Below, piece by piece: positions 47,122 through 56,846 of a stretch of DNA of 64,000 nt. The stretch is from NCBI GenBank assembly GCA_937906285.1, contig CALCWL010000077.1:101-64100 (forward strand), in the 5' to 3' direction. The translations under genes were made by a program, and so were the position numbers. How positions within the stretch are numbered: the stretch's first letter is position 1; every line of letters begins with the position of its first letter. The notes under the pieces were generated by a model. It was not told where the DNA came from and did not search any database. It saw only the letters and a list, made by a program, of their open reading frames with translations. This DNA is from an uncultured Rhodanobacter sp. Its GTDB lineage: Bacteria > Pseudomonadota > Gammaproteobacteria > Xanthomonadales > Rhodanobacteraceae.

Positions 47122-48533
47122 GCCATCACCTCGATGTCAGAGGTGGTAGCGCGCTCGGCGGCGACCTGCTCGAAGGACTGACCGGTGGCGATCAAGCTGA
47201 CCGGCACACCGGGGTGGTTCTGCTGGAAGCGTTTGATGGCAACGTCCACGTACTCCGGCGCGATTTCCACGCTGCGGCAGACGCGGCCCGTGCGCTCGGC
47301 CGCCAACATCGTGGTGCCGCTGCCGCCGAAGGGTTCGAACACGATGTCGCCAGCGTCGCTGTAGGCCTCGATCACGAACTCCGGCAGCGCGACCGGGAAC
47401 ACGGCGGGGTGGTCGATGTCCTGACCGATCTTGCCCTTGTGGCGCATCACGCGGATCACGCTGTCGGGGATGCGCGTGTCCTGCGTCGGCAGGCCCTTGT
47501 GCGTCCAGCCGCCGACTTCGCCGTCCTTGCCCCGCATCGCCGTGGACGAGCCATCGGCGCGCAGGTGCGATTCCTGCCCGGCGTGCTTGCAGGGCACGAT
47601 CTTGTTCGGCTTGCGGCTTTCGCGGTTGAAGTGGAAAACGAACTCGAAGCTCGGGGCGAAGCGGCCTGCCCAGTCGCCGGGCATCCCCGGCCCCTGATCC
47701 CAGACGTACCACGCGAAGCGCCGCCAGCCCTGGCTGCGCATCCAGCCGAGCCAGGCGTCCCAATACGGGATCACCTCGTTGTCGCGGTGGATGAGCCCGA
47801 GGTTGACCAGCACCTGACCCTCGCCCGCCATCGGCAGGTGCGCGAACACGCCGCGCATCAGGCCATCCCAATCGGTGATGCCGCCCGAGGTGTAGTCGCG
47901 CTGGTTGCCGTAGGGCGGCGAGGTGAAGCACAGGCGAGCGGTATCGCCTTGCATCAGCGCAGCGACCATGGCCCGGTCGGTGGCGTCGCCGCAGATCAGG
48001 CGGTGCGCGCCGATGGCCCAGATATCGCCCGGGCGGGACACCGCCACGACGGGGGCGTCGGGCACGTCGTCCGCCGCATCCGGTTCGTCGGCATCAGGCT
48101 CCGGGTCGGTACCGGCGTCGGTCACATCACCCGTGAGCAGCGCCTCGATCTCGGCATCCTCGAAACCCGTCAGCGCAAGGTCGTACCCCGCCTCGGACAG
48201 GTCGGCCAACTCCAACGCCAGCATCTCCTCGTCCCAGCCCGCATCGAGCGCCAGCCGGTTGTCGGCGATCACCAGCGCGCGCTTCTGCGCGACGGTCAGA
48301 TGGGCCAGTTCGATCACCGGCACCTGATCCAGCCCAAGCTTGCGCGCGGCAGCCAGACGCCCGTGCCCGGCAATGATGCCGTTGTCGCCATCGACCAGGA
48401 TCGGATTCGTCCAGCCATACTCGACGATGCTGGCCGCGATCTTGGCGATCTGACCCTCGGCGTGCGTGCGCGGATTGCGGGCGTAGGGAATCAGCGCCTC
48501 GACCTTGCGGTACTCGACGTTGAGTGTGTTCAA
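47118..48533 (-). CDS. ParB-like domain + DNA amino-methyltransferase (SPPY, possibly N4-cytosine)
   Basis: PYARNPRTH...IIAGHGRL; FTSPPY; HPAVFP; EPFGGSGTT; TTG start. Confidence 0.9.
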   Translation of the reverse strand: MNTLNVEYRKVEALIPYARNPRTHAEGQIAKIAASIVEYGWTNPILVDGDNGIIAGHGRLAAARKLGLDQVPVIELAHLTVAQKRALVIADNRLALDAGWDEEMLALELADLSEAGYDLALTGFEDAEIEALLTGDVTDAGTDPEPDADEPDAADDVPDAPVVAVSRPGDIWAIGAHRLICGDATDRAMVAALMQGDTARLCFTSPPYGNQRDYTSGGITDWDGLMRGVFAHLPMAGEGQVLVNLGLIHRDNEVIPYWDAWLGWMRSQGWRRFAWYVWDQGPGMPGDWAGRFAPSFEFVFHFNRESRKPNKIVPCKHAGQESHLRADGSSTAMRGKDGEVGGWTHKGLPTQDTRIPDSVIRVMRHKGKIGQDIDHPAVFPVALPEFVIEAYSDAGDIVFEPFGGSGTTMLAAERTGRVCRSVEIAPEYVDVAIKRFQQNHPGVPVSLIATGQSFEQVAAERATTSDIEVMA

Positions 48534-48547
48534 AGTGGAAATCCCAA

Positions 48548-48583
48548 ATGCAAAACCCGCCGAGCGTTGCCGCCGGGCGGGTT
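48548..48583 (-). terminator. Putative intrinsic terminator/attenuator at the start of the late region
   Basis: AACCCGCC...GGCGGGTTTT hairpin on the minus strand. Confidence 0.5.
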
Positions 48584-48608
48584 GAGTGAATGAAGACTCT
48601 GGTGGGGT

Positions 48609-48735
48609 GGTAACCGCGCCTGGGGGTGGTAACCGGGGCCGGTAACCTGGCCGACTGGTAACCTTGCCCGCGCCCTGACGCTAAAAAAGCGTCGCGCTCG
48701 CGCCCCCTGCATGGGACTTTCGGCAGGAAGGACCC
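48609..48735 (-). other. Putative cos packaging site (cosQ-cosN-cosB-like)
   Basis: GGGTCCT (48735-48729), 23 nt, GGGCGCGAGCGC (48705-48694), then four GGTTACC repeats. Confidence 0.65.
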
Positions 48736-48891
48736 CTTTCGCCTCGGGCCGCTCGCCGAACCGTCACCGCTGTCCAGAAGATAGCTCGAATACTACGCTC
48801 GACCGGGTTGATTTGTTGCAGGGTCAAAAACCGCGCATCGCCGCTGACATGCTCGCACTGCAAACCACGCGCGCCAATTCACGCCAAAACC

Positions 48892-49287
48892 CTACGCTGT
48901 GACGACACCATTGAGTTGGTCGGCGACGGTCTGCAAGGCGCGGTGCCAGCGCCGCCACGCCGTCGTTCGGTCGCAGGCAAAACGGATCGTGATGTCGCGC
49001 CAGCCGTAGCGCTTGGCCCTCATCCACACCAGATGGCGCTGCTCGACCTCCAGCCACTGCACCCACTTCATCGTCTCCAGCATCCGGTCGATAGCCTCTG
49101 GGTCGGGTGGGAAAGGTCGGTAGACGTGCTCGTCGGCAGCGAACGTTTCCCACTCCTTGCGCACGATGATGGGCCAAGTGTTGAAGTAGCCCTGCACACG
49201 CACGGGTGGCAGGCGTCGTCCGGTGCTGGCCGCCTCCTCGAAGCGTGCGGCCACGTCGTCGATTGTCCAAGTGCGGGGATCAGCCAT
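48892..49287 (-). CDS. Putative late transcription regulator (DUF6362-like)
   Basis: C-terminal HTH-like WRDITIRFACDRTTAWRRW; last gene before cos, the lambda Q position. Confidence 0.6.
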   Translation of the reverse strand: MADPRTWTIDDVAARFEEAASTGRRLPPVRVQGYFNTWPIIVRKEWETFAADEHVYRPFPPDPEAIDRMLETMKWVQWLEVEQRHLVWMRAKRYGWRDITIRFACDRTTAWRRWHRALQTVADQLNGVVTA

Positions 49288-49489
49288 GACGTGCCCCTCC
49301 CTGTCCGTAGAGGCGTTCGCCGATGCGCCGCACGAACTCGCGCTCGATGAAGTCCAAGCGTTCGTCGGCAGCGTTGACCACGAGGATGTGCTGATCGCGC
49401 CAGCCGCGTTGCTTCATCGCGTCGAGATCTGTGGTCTCGGGCTGGAGGCGACCCAAGGGGCAGCGATAGGTGGGCGTCGAAATCTTCAT
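49280..49489 (-). CDS. Small hypothetical protein
   Basis: GGAGG RBS; 69 aa between co-oriented genes. Confidence 0.6.
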   Translation of the reverse strand: MKISTPTYRCPLGRLQPETTDLDAMKQRGWRDQHILVVNAADERLDFIEREFVRRIGERLYGQGGARHG

Positions 49490-49490
49490 C

Positions 49491-49967
49491 TCACACCTCC
49501 CGTTCCAGTACGTGCTGCTCGATGGCCCAGTGCAGCAGGGCCAGTGCGTCGGCTTCGTTGTCGTCGGCCGGAGCGTGACCACGGGCACGGGCGGTCGCCA
49601 CCATCTCGTCCTTGCTGGCGTTGCCCTTGCCGGTGGCGTGCTTCTTGATCGTTCCCACGGGCACGCCCTGGTACGGGATCTGGTGGTGCTCGCACCACGC
49701 GGTGAGCGTGGCAAGGAACCCGCCGTAGGCGTGGGCAGCATCCGTGGAGACGTGGCGTCGCACCTCCTCGAAGTGCAGGCAGTCGATCTCGTCGCAGGAC
49801 TGTTTGATCTCGGTGAGCCAGCGTTTGAATCGCAGGAAGCGCATTCCGCCGCCTTCGAAGCGCTGCGGCCGGAAGCTCTCGGAACCGCTGGTGATGTGGC
49901 CGTCACTGCCGCGCAGCGCCCAGCCGGTGGTGGTGCCCAGATCGAGGGCGAGGATGGTGGTGGTCAT
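49491..49967 (-). CDS. RuvC-like Holliday junction resolvase
   Basis: ILALDLGTTTGW, FEE, IKKHATGKGNASK, DNEADALAL. Confidence 0.8.
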   Translation of the reverse strand: MTTTILALDLGTTTGWALRGSDGHITSGSESFRPQRFEGGGMRFLRFKRWLTEIKQSCDEIDCLHFEEVRRHVSTDAAHAYGGFLATLTAWCEHHQIPYQGVPVGTIKKHATGKGNASKDEMVATARARGHAPADDNEADALALLHWAIEQHVLEREV

Positions 49968-49990
49968 GGTGTCAGTCCTTGTTTTGGCTG

Positions 49991-50086
49991 GTCTGACGGA
50001 TCGGACGGGTCGTATCGAAACCTTCCATGAAGCGCGCGCACGCGCACGTGTAAGAGTTACGACGTAGTCCGTCCGATCCGTCAGAC
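49991..50086. repeat. Perfect 18-bp inverted repeat; candidate replication origin
   Basis: gtctgacggatcggacgg (49991-50008) and ccgtccgatccgtcagac (50069-50086). Confidence 0.75.
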
Positions 50087-50095
50087 GCGGCTGTG

Positions 50096-52378
50096 TCAGT
50101 CATCGGCGTAAGGGGTGTAGGTGGGTGCTGGCGGGTACTTGAGGCCAATGCCCTGAAACCCGCGCAAGCCCATGCCGTTGCGCCATTTATCCAAGCCCCG
50201 GTTGAGCAGCAGATCGGCAAAGCGCTTCTGCGAACCGGTGAACTCACCCGCTGCCTCTGCCCACGGCTTCCAGTCGTTGAACAGTTCTGCCGTCAGCGAC
50301 TTGGCGTTGGCCTCGCGCACGCAACGCTCATCGAGCCAGCGGCCCAACGCATCCTCGGCTTCGAAATACTCCTCGGTGGCGTCCACCACCCGCTGCGGCG
50401 GGGAGAGTCGTCCGTGGCGTTGCCAGTCGAGGCAACCCTGCACGGCCCACGCCAAGATGCCGTCACGTTCGGCCAGGAGCTTCTGCTGCAGGTTCTTGTC
50501 ACGGCGCTCGGGCGGCACGGTGATCGTGAAAGGGATCAGGTGCAGCCTGCGTTTCATCGCCTCGTCGATGTTGCGAATGGCGGGCCTGTGGTTGCCCGCC
50601 ACGAATAACTTGAACTGCGGGAAGAACTCGAAGAAGTCCTGGCGCATGAAGCGCGCAGAGATCTTGTCGCCACCGGTCAGGTTCTTGAGCTTGGATTCGG
50701 CCCAGCGCTTGCCTTGTTCGGTTTCGATGGCCGCCACGAAGCGTGCGCCGCGCAGCCCCGCCATATCGGTCGGGTGCCGGTCGGTGCGCGTCTCCATGAA
50801 GGTGTCCATCGGCGCATTGGTCGCGTAGTCGCCGAGGATGGTGGCCAAGGTGTTCACGAACACCGACTTGCCGTTCGCGCCCGTTCCGTACAGGAAGAAC
50901 AGCGCGTGCTCCTGCGTCGAGCCAGTCAGCGCGTAGCCGACCATTCGTTGCAGGTAGGACTGAAGTTCCTTGTCGCCACCCGTGACCTCGTCGATGAACT
51001 GCTTCCACGTCGGGCAGTCGCCGCTGGGCGTTGCTGTGGTGATCTTGGTCATCCGGTCGGCGCGCTCGTGCGGGCGCATCCGGCCTGTCTTGAGATCAAC
51101 CACGCCGCCCGGCGTGTTGAGCAGCCACGGATCGGCGTCCCACTCGTCGGTGGTGGCCGCGTGCCTGCGGTCAGCGCGCGCCAGCCGCTCTACACCGCCG
51201 ACCGTGCTGGCGCTGGCGAGCTTCGCCGCGACCTTGGGGTTGTCGGCGCGCACAGCCGTCTGGCGGCAGACGCTGCGGATCAAGTCCGTGGCGGCCAGCG
51301 TGTCCTCGGTGCGCCAGCGTTGCCCGTCCCACACCAGCCATTTGCCCCAGCCAGCCACGTAACGCCAGTCGCGGTGGTAGCGGCGGGTGAAGGACAGCGC
51401 CAGCGCGTCCTCCGTACCCCAGACGGACTCGTCGCTGCTGACCACCGGATCAACGTCATCGGCCACGTCGTGCATCTGCAAGCGTGGGCCGTGGGTGAGA
51501 AAGGCGGCGACATCGAAGCCCTCGGCGATGGCGTCCGCCACGTCCCAGCCCTCGGCGGCCTCCTCGGGCGGATAGAGAACGTGGCAGGACTTGGCTCCCG
51601 CCGACAGGATGACCTGTGCTGCCTGCGTCGCATACTCCCAGCCCGGCTTGTCACGGTCGGGCCAGATCAACACCGCCTTACCGGACAGCGGCGACCAGTC
51701 GGTCTTGTCGACCGGGGCGTTCGCGCCGTGCATCGCCGTGGTGGCCACGATGCCCGCGTCGATCAGGGCCTGCGCGCATTTCTCGCCCTCGACCAGAACC
51801 ACCTGCGCGGCACTGGTCATCCCTGGCTGGTTGTAGAGCGGGCGCGGGTCGGGCGGTGCCATCTTGCGCCGCTTCGCATCCCAGGGCCGGAACTGCTTCT
51901 TCTGCCCGGGCGGGTCGTAGCGGTAGACGACGGCGATGAGATGGCCTGCCGCATCGAGGTAGTCCCACTTCGCGGTGGCCGGGCCGAGGTCATCGACGGG
52001 AGCATCCTTCTTGCTCCTGCGCGCCAGAGTCGCCGGAGCACGCCCGACCAGTTCGGTCGCGGTATCGAGCACGCGTGGGAAGTCGGTGTGCGCATCGATG
52101 CCGAGGTGGGCCGCGATCAGGGAGAAAATGTCGCCGCCGTCGCCAGTGGCGCGATCCGTCCACAGGCCGGTCTTGTCACCGGTGAGCACGACTTCCAGGC
52201 TGTCGCCCGGACTACCGAGCACGTCGCCGATCAGGAATTTGCCACCGCGCTTCTTGCCTGCAGGGAACAGCGTTGCCAGTACCGATTCCAGCCGCGAGAG
52301 CAATGCCTCGCGGATTGCGTCGCGTTCGGCATCGAGGTCACGAGGAGCGGGCTTTTGCGTGTCGTTGAAATCAAGCAT
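50096..52378 (-). CDS. P4-family primase/helicase (TOPRIM + D5/SF3 helicase)
   Basis: VLVEGEKCA, IWPDRD, YGTGANGKS, KNLTGGD. Confidence 0.92.
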   Translation of the reverse strand: MLDFNDTQKPAPRDLDAERDAIREALLSRLESVLATLFPAGKKRGGKFLIGDVLGSPGDSLEVVLTGDKTGLWTDRATGDGGDIFSLIAAHLGIDAHTDFPRVLDTATELVGRAPATLARRSKKDAPVDDLGPATAKWDYLDAAGHLIAVVYRYDPPGQKKQFRPWDAKRRKMAPPDPRPLYNQPGMTSAAQVVLVEGEKCAQALIDAGIVATTAMHGANAPVDKTDWSPLSGKAVLIWPDRDKPGWEYATQAAQVILSAGAKSCHVLYPPEEAAEGWDVADAIAEGFDVAAFLTHGPRLQMHDVADDVDPVVSSDESVWGTEDALALSFTRRYHRDWRYVAGWGKWLVWDGQRWRTEDTLAATDLIRSVCRQTAVRADNPKVAAKLASASTVGGVERLARADRRHAATTDEWDADPWLLNTPGGVVDLKTGRMRPHERADRMTKITTATPSGDCPTWKQFIDEVTGGDKELQSYLQRMVGYALTGSTQEHALFFLYGTGANGKSVFVNTLATILGDYATNAPMDTFMETRTDRHPTDMAGLRGARFVAAIETEQGKRWAESKLKNLTGGDKISARFMRQDFFEFFPQFKLFVAGNHRPAIRNIDEAMKRRLHLIPFTITVPPERRDKNLQQKLLAERDGILAWAVQGCLDWQRHGRLSPPQRVVDATEEYFEAEDALGRWLDERCVREANAKSLTAELFNDWKPWAEAAGEFTGSQKRFADLLLNRGLDKWRNGMGLRGFQGIGLKYPPAPTYTPYADD

Positions 52379-52598
52379 CCGCAGACTCCTCGCCAGACGC
52401 TTGCTGCCCGACGATCCACGCTTCCAGCTCTGCAGGCTTGAACCGCACGAGCTTGCCGACGCGGTAATGGGGAATGCGACGCTGCTTGCGTTCCTTCGCT
52501 TGCGAGAGCCAGTACGAGGGCAGGTTGAACATCAGTGCAGCCTGGCGTACGTCGATCAGTTGCTCGCCGAGCACATGATTCAAAGTCGTGGTGTTCAT
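52371..52598 (-). CDS. Small HTH DNA-binding protein
   Basis: LIDVRQAA...IPHYRVGKLVRF...ELEAW. Confidence 0.7.
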   Translation of the reverse strand: MNTTTLNHVLGEQLIDVRQAALMFNLPSYWLSQAKERKQRRIPHYRVGKLVRFKPAELEAWIVGQQASGEESADA

Positions 52599-53332
52599 GC
52601 TTTTGTTCTCCAGCACCGGTCTTGCCACGCGCACATCCGGCACTCGAAGTGGGTCGGGTCATTGAAGGCACGAGGCAGGAGATCTCCCGCCTCGGTGGCC
52701 GTGATGACCTTCACCGCCCGATCCGACATGCGCTGGGCCAGGGCTGCATCAAAGGGAACGGCCTCGGTGTAGATCTCCATCGTGTCGGCGTTGAGGGCCG
52801 TGAAGATCGCCGGGTGCTCGTGCAGTTCGAGATAGGCTTGGTAGATCGCCACTTGCGCGGCGTAGATGGGCTTGGAGATGGCCAGCCCCTTTTTTTCCAG
52901 ATCGCTCCAGGACTTGTTGCCCAGACATTTGCATTCCCAGAGCGCGGGATAGGCGAAGCCCTCGGGGCCCGCGACGATGACGCCGTCGACGTGGCCTTGC
53001 AGGCGACCGTCGGCCACCGAGAAGCCGAACTGCTCACCGTCTGACTTGCGGGTGCGCAGGTCGAAACCCGCGTCCCGCAGCCACGCAACCATGCAGTCTT
53101 CCATGACGTGGCCACGTTCGAAGATGCGCAACATCCGCCCCGGGGTGTCGCGCCCGTGGTCGATGGGAGCCTTGGCGTACTCGAACTGCAGCGCGCGCTC
53201 GCAGGCCACGCCCAGACGCGAGGCACCAAGGTACTGGCGCTCGGACTGGCGGGCGCGGGCCTGCTGTATCCCGGCGTCCACCAGGGCGGTGACCTGGCCC
53301 GAGATGCTCGATGAGGAGTTGAAGTCGATCAT
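52595..53332 (-). CDS. Cas4-like PD-(D/E)XK phage exonuclease
   Basis: GASRLG..CER, GHVDG, WECK, Q...YQ, C..C....RC. Confidence 0.8.
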   Translation of the reverse strand: MIDFNSSSSISGQVTALVDAGIQQARARQSERQYLGASRLGVACERALQFEYAKAPIDHGRDTPGRMLRIFERGHVMEDCMVAWLRDAGFDLRTRKSDGEQFGFSVADGRLQGHVDGVIVAGPEGFAYPALWECKCLGNKSWSDLEKKGLAISKPIYAAQVAIYQAYLELHEHPAIFTALNADTMEIYTEAVPFDAALAQRMSDRAVKVITATEAGDLLPRAFNDPTHFECRMCAWQDRCWRTKA

Positions 53333-53829
53333 GGCTTCTTCCCCCTCGGTTCTTCCCAAGGCAGGTCGTCCTCCAGATCCGCGAACGGATTGGCGGCGTC
53401 GGGTGCCAACGGATCGGGTGCAGGCGTCATGCGTCGCACCGGTGGGTACTTGGTGGCCTCGTGGTGCGCGACCATCGCGTCCGACCAGCAGGTGACGATG
53501 GCATCGATCACCCGCAGCGCTTCCGCTTCGGAGTAGTCGCCCAGCGGCTTAGTGAAGCCGATCTCGCCCGCTGCCTCGCCGAAAGCCTTGAGGCACTGGC
53601 GCATCGCGGCCAGCTCGACATCAGACGGATCGATCATGGCGACCCCCTTGATATCGGTGCGACCTTCCTTGACTCGCAGCCAATTGCCGTACAGCGCATG
53701 AAACGCGTTCTGACAGCGTTGCGAGCAGAACACCCAGTCGATGGGGTAGCGCCGGGGATTGCCGACACCGTGTCGGTTGTCGGTGTGGCCGAATCCCCGG
53801 GCCTGTCGTTTGCAGACCCAGCATTTCAT
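53329..53829 (-). CDS. Hypothetical protein with Zn finger (DUF6511-like)
   Basis: CWVC...FCSQRC. Confidence 0.65.
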   Translation of the reverse strand: MKCWVCKRQARGFGHTDNRHGVGNPRRYPIDWVFCSQRCQNAFHALYGNWLRVKEGRTDIKGVAMIDPSDVELAAMRQCLKAFGEAAGEIGFTKPLGDYSEAEALRVIDAIVTCWSDAMVAHHEATKYPPVRRMTPAPDPLAPDAANPFADLEDDLPWEEPRGKKP

Positions 53830-53836
53830 CGCCCCC

Positions 53837-54460
53837 TCACTGCGCCCACGACGGTTTGCCCGTCACGGGTGCGCGTTGCGGAGCGGGTGCCTGGTACGCG
53901 GGCGCTGCCTGCGCCGGAGCGCCGGACGTGCCGCCGCCCGACGCCTTGGGCGGCACGCCCATCAACTTGGCGTAGTCGGGGTGATCCGGTTCGACCGCCA
54001 CCTTCACCACGTTGCGGTCTTGGCCCTTGCCGTCCTTCTCGATATCGACGCGGGCGAGGAACTCCAGGCCGTCCAGTTCGTGGAAGCCCTGGATGCGGCG
54101 CGCGGCGGCGGCCTGCGGGCCGTTGTCCTGCGGGTGGACGTTGCGGGCGCTGTTCAGCGCGGCGCGAATGAAGCTGCGCCCCATCTGGCCCCAGGTCGGG
54201 CCCTTCTTGGAGTGCAGGCCGATGTTCGACCACATCTTGCGTTTGGCATGGTCGCCAGCGGTGACCACGAATTCGGCGGCCAGATAGATGGAACCGGTCT
54301 CGAAGGACTCGGTGGCGTAGCCGCCGCCCCAGCCTTGCGCGGGATCGTCGTAGCCACCGGGCTTGATGGTCATGCGCACCGCGACAGTGGTGCCCTTGGG
54401 GATCAGATCGAAGCCGGATTGCTGGGCGTCGGCGTCGTTGAAGTCATTCCATGCGGTCAT
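53837..54460 (-). CDS. Putative ssDNA-binding protein (DUF669-like)
   Basis: FDLIPKG N-terminus, KPSWA C-terminus, follows the AAA recombinase. Confidence 0.6.
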   Translation of the reverse strand: MTAWNDFNDADAQQSGFDLIPKGTTVAVRMTIKPGGYDDPAQGWGGGYATESFETGSIYLAAEFVVTAGDHAKRKMWSNIGLHSKKGPTWGQMGRSFIRAALNSARNVHPQDNGPQAAAARRIQGFHELDGLEFLARVDIEKDGKGQDRNVVKVAVEPDHPDYAKLMGVPPKASGGGTSGAPAQAAPAYQAPAPQRAPVTGKPSWAQ

Positions 54461-54465
54461 TGCGA

Positions 54466-55311
54466 TTACTCCTGGGATTCGATGTGTGTGGGGGTGGCGG
54501 CGCTGGCAGGCGCGGCGGATGCGCCCGCGCACTTGGCGATCAGCGCGCCGAGATGCGGCGGCTCCAGCAGGTCGAGGCGACCGCTGCGGTCTTTGGCCGG
54601 AAAGCCGTAGGGATTGACGGTGTGCGTGACGAAGGCGCGGTAGGCGCTGCCGTCCTCGGCCTTGATCTCGGCCAGCGTCACGACCTCGTCGACGATGCCG
54701 GGCAGCTCCAGGCTGGTCTTGCTACCTTCGATCTGCGGCACGAACACCTTGCGGTTGTAGTCATCGAGGCGTTCGTCGAGGATGGCCACGAACACCACGT
54801 TCTTGCCGCGTGCGTGCTGCAGGTGGGTCAAGGCACTCACCATTTCCTGGCCCAGCAGGCCGTAGGCACCGCGCAGGTCAGGCTTGCCGGAGCGGTCGCT
54901 GGTTGCACCGGGCTGTGTCTTGCACCACGCGAAGCACTGGCGAGACAACTGCGTGATCGAGTCGAGGAAGAAGGTCTGGTAGCGGTCGAGCTGCGTCGCG
55001 TCGCCGAACTTCTCGATGACGTGGTCGTAGTGCGCCTGCGAGAAGGCTGACTCCGGCGGCAGCGACTTGTCCGGGCCCGCGAGGAACACGAAGAAGTCGC
55101 GGCTCTCGGGCCACGATGCCGGTCGGATGGTGTCGCCCGGCCAGTCGGCCACTGCCAAGTCCCCGGCCTCGATGTCGAGGAAAAGCGTGGTGGCAGGATC
55201 GAGGTCTTTGAGCCGGGTGGTCTTGCCGATGCCGGACTTGCCGAGCATCAGCAGCTTGACGCCCTTGCGCTCGGCCATGCGCTGCTTCGCGGAGATGATG
55301 GGGAGGCTCAT
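54466..55311 (-). CDS. AAA_24/Sak4-like ATPase
   Basis: GKSGIGKT, FLDIEAG, FLDSIT, AKDRSG. Confidence 0.8.
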   Translation of the reverse strand: MSLPIISAKQRMAERKGVKLLMLGKSGIGKTTRLKDLDPATTLFLDIEAGDLAVADWPGDTIRPASWPESRDFFVFLAGPDKSLPPESAFSQAHYDHVIEKFGDATQLDRYQTFFLDSITQLSRQCFAWCKTQPGATSDRSGKPDLRGAYGLLGQEMVSALTHLQHARGKNVVFVAILDERLDDYNRKVFVPQIEGSKTSLELPGIVDEVVTLAEIKAEDGSAYRAFVTHTVNPYGFPAKDRSGRLDLLEPPHLGALIAKCAGASAAPASAATPTHIESQE

Positions 55312-56069
55312 CACGCGGCCTCCTTCAACTGCTCGGCGACGGCGGGATTCCAGAGAATCTGGTAGCCACTGTGGCCGTTGCGCGAGTACGGCATAGCCTC
55401 GGCCCACGCCTCACCGGCCTCGGTCAGCTCCCATTCGTCGCGCTCGTTGCGGAACTGAAAGCCGCCTGCCGCCAGCATCTGGTTCGTGGCCTTCGCCGAG
55501 CGGTTGAGCAGTTTGCCGAGCTGCGTGGCGTTCAGGGCGCAGATCGGTTCGTTGGCCGATGGCAGCGCGCGGCGCAGCACCTCGGTGGTGATGCCCGTGT
55601 TCTCCTGAATGCAGGTCAGCGTCGCCGCCGCCGCGATGCCCGGTTTCACGCCCGGCACCTTCGCCACGGCCTCACCGATCAGCAGGATCGCGGAAACCCG
55701 GTCGTGGGTCGGCGCGGGCAAGGTCGCCAGTGCGCCGGGCACGGTGTAGCCGCCGGTCTTGCGGATCGCGGGCAGCACCTCGCTGGTCACCCAGCGCTTG
55801 AAACGCTTGGCTGCGTCCTTGGTACTGCCGAGGATCAGGGCGTAGAGGCCCGATTCGTTGACGTGGTTCTGGCGCTGACGGCCACCCGCCGTAAGGGTCT
55901 CCAGTTTCTGGAGATCCTCGGCATCGACGTGCGTCTTGATCGCCTGAGACGGATTGCCCATTTCCAGGGCATCGCAGACATCGGTGGCGTTGAACCACGG
56001 CTGCCCCTGATCATCGACCTGGACGCGCACGGCGTGCGCTTCGAACTGGAAGGGAATGATCGCGCTCAT
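55311..56069 (-). CDS. BRO-N antirepressor-like protein
   Basis: PWFNATDVCDAL, VNESGLYALILGS, FKRWVTSEVLPAIRKTGGY. Confidence 0.9.
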   Translation of the reverse strand: MSAIIPFQFEAHAVRVQVDDQGQPWFNATDVCDALEMGNPSQAIKTHVDAEDLQKLETLTAGGRQRQNHVNESGLYALILGSTKDAAKRFKRWVTSEVLPAIRKTGGYTVPGALATLPAPTHDRVSAILLIGEAVAKVPGVKPGIAAAATLTCIQENTGITTEVLRRALPSANEPICALNATQLGKLLNRSAKATNQMLAAGGFQFRNERDEWELTEAGEAWAEAMPYSRNGHSGYQILWNPAVAEQLKEAA

Positions 56070-56071
56070 GA

Positions 56072-56359
56072 TCAGCCCTCCCACGACACGTCGGCGATGC
56101 GGTCCGCCCCACGCGCGGCGCGCTTGCGCACCTCCGTGTGGAGTTCTTCCAGCGCGGTACGGCGGCGGCCGAGCGCCAGCGATTCCGCGTTGGCCGTCTG
56201 GATGGCGAAGGCCAGTTCGTCGACCGTGGCGGCATCGAGCGGGACGACGACGTCCTGGCCGTCCGCGCGGCGATACCGGATTTCGTCGGGAAGGTGTTCG
56301 CCGTAGATGGACGGCAGCTGTTGACGCAGCGAAGCGATGAGGTTGGTGCTCATGGTCAT
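56072..56359 (-). CDS. Hypothetical protein
   Basis: 95-aa coupled ORF. Confidence 0.6.
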   Translation of the reverse strand: MTMSTNLIASLRQQLPSIYGEHLPDEIRYRRADGQDVVVPLDAATVDELAFAIQTANAESLALGRRRTALEELHTEVRKRAARGADRIADVSWEG

Positions 56360-56835
56360 TACTCCGAATCGATGGAAAGGGTGAAAGACGGCTTGCCGGA
56401 ATCCACAGTGCGAGCGGCGGCGAACTGCTGCTGCAAGGCAGGCGGCCAGTTCGTGAAGCGGGATTCGGAGACGGACAACTTGATGTCGAGGTAACCCTCG
56501 ACCTTCTCGCCTGAGGCGACGATGCGTTCGGCGATTTCAGCCAGTTGCTTCTGATCCCAGCTGACCTTCTTGGGCAGCTCGAACTTCAGGTGCAACGGGC
56601 CATCGCTGATGTGGGCGGTGCCGAAGTCCCGGCCGGATTCACGCAGCGCGGTACGGGCCTGCTCGCCGTAGCACTGATCCAGCGCCGCATCGAACTTGGC
56701 GCGGGCCTTCTTCAGCCAGTCGATGGCGGCATCGAGGTTTTGGTCGATCTCGTGTTTCTGCGCGGGCGGCAATGCGGCTAGCTGGCTGACGGACATCTCT
56801 GCGATGTCAGCGGGGAAGATGGTGAGGTCGTTCAT
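56359..56835 (-). CDS. Hypothetical phage protein
   Basis: GAGGAG RBS; LPKKVSWDQ motif. Confidence 0.65.
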   Translation of the reverse strand: MNDLTIFPADIAEMSVSQLAALPPAQKHEIDQNLDAAIDWLKKARAKFDAALDQCYGEQARTALRESGRDFGTAHISDGPLHLKFELPKKVSWDQKQLAEIAERIVASGEKVEGYLDIKLSVSESRFTNWPPALQQQFAAARTVDSGKPSFTLSIDSE

Positions 56836-56846
56836 GGCATCGCTCC

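Noticed and set aside
52595..53332. Cas4-like nuclease as evidence of CRISPR-Cas
   Set aside because: Sits in the phage recombination module with a Sak4-like ATPase and SSB; no cas1/cas2 or array
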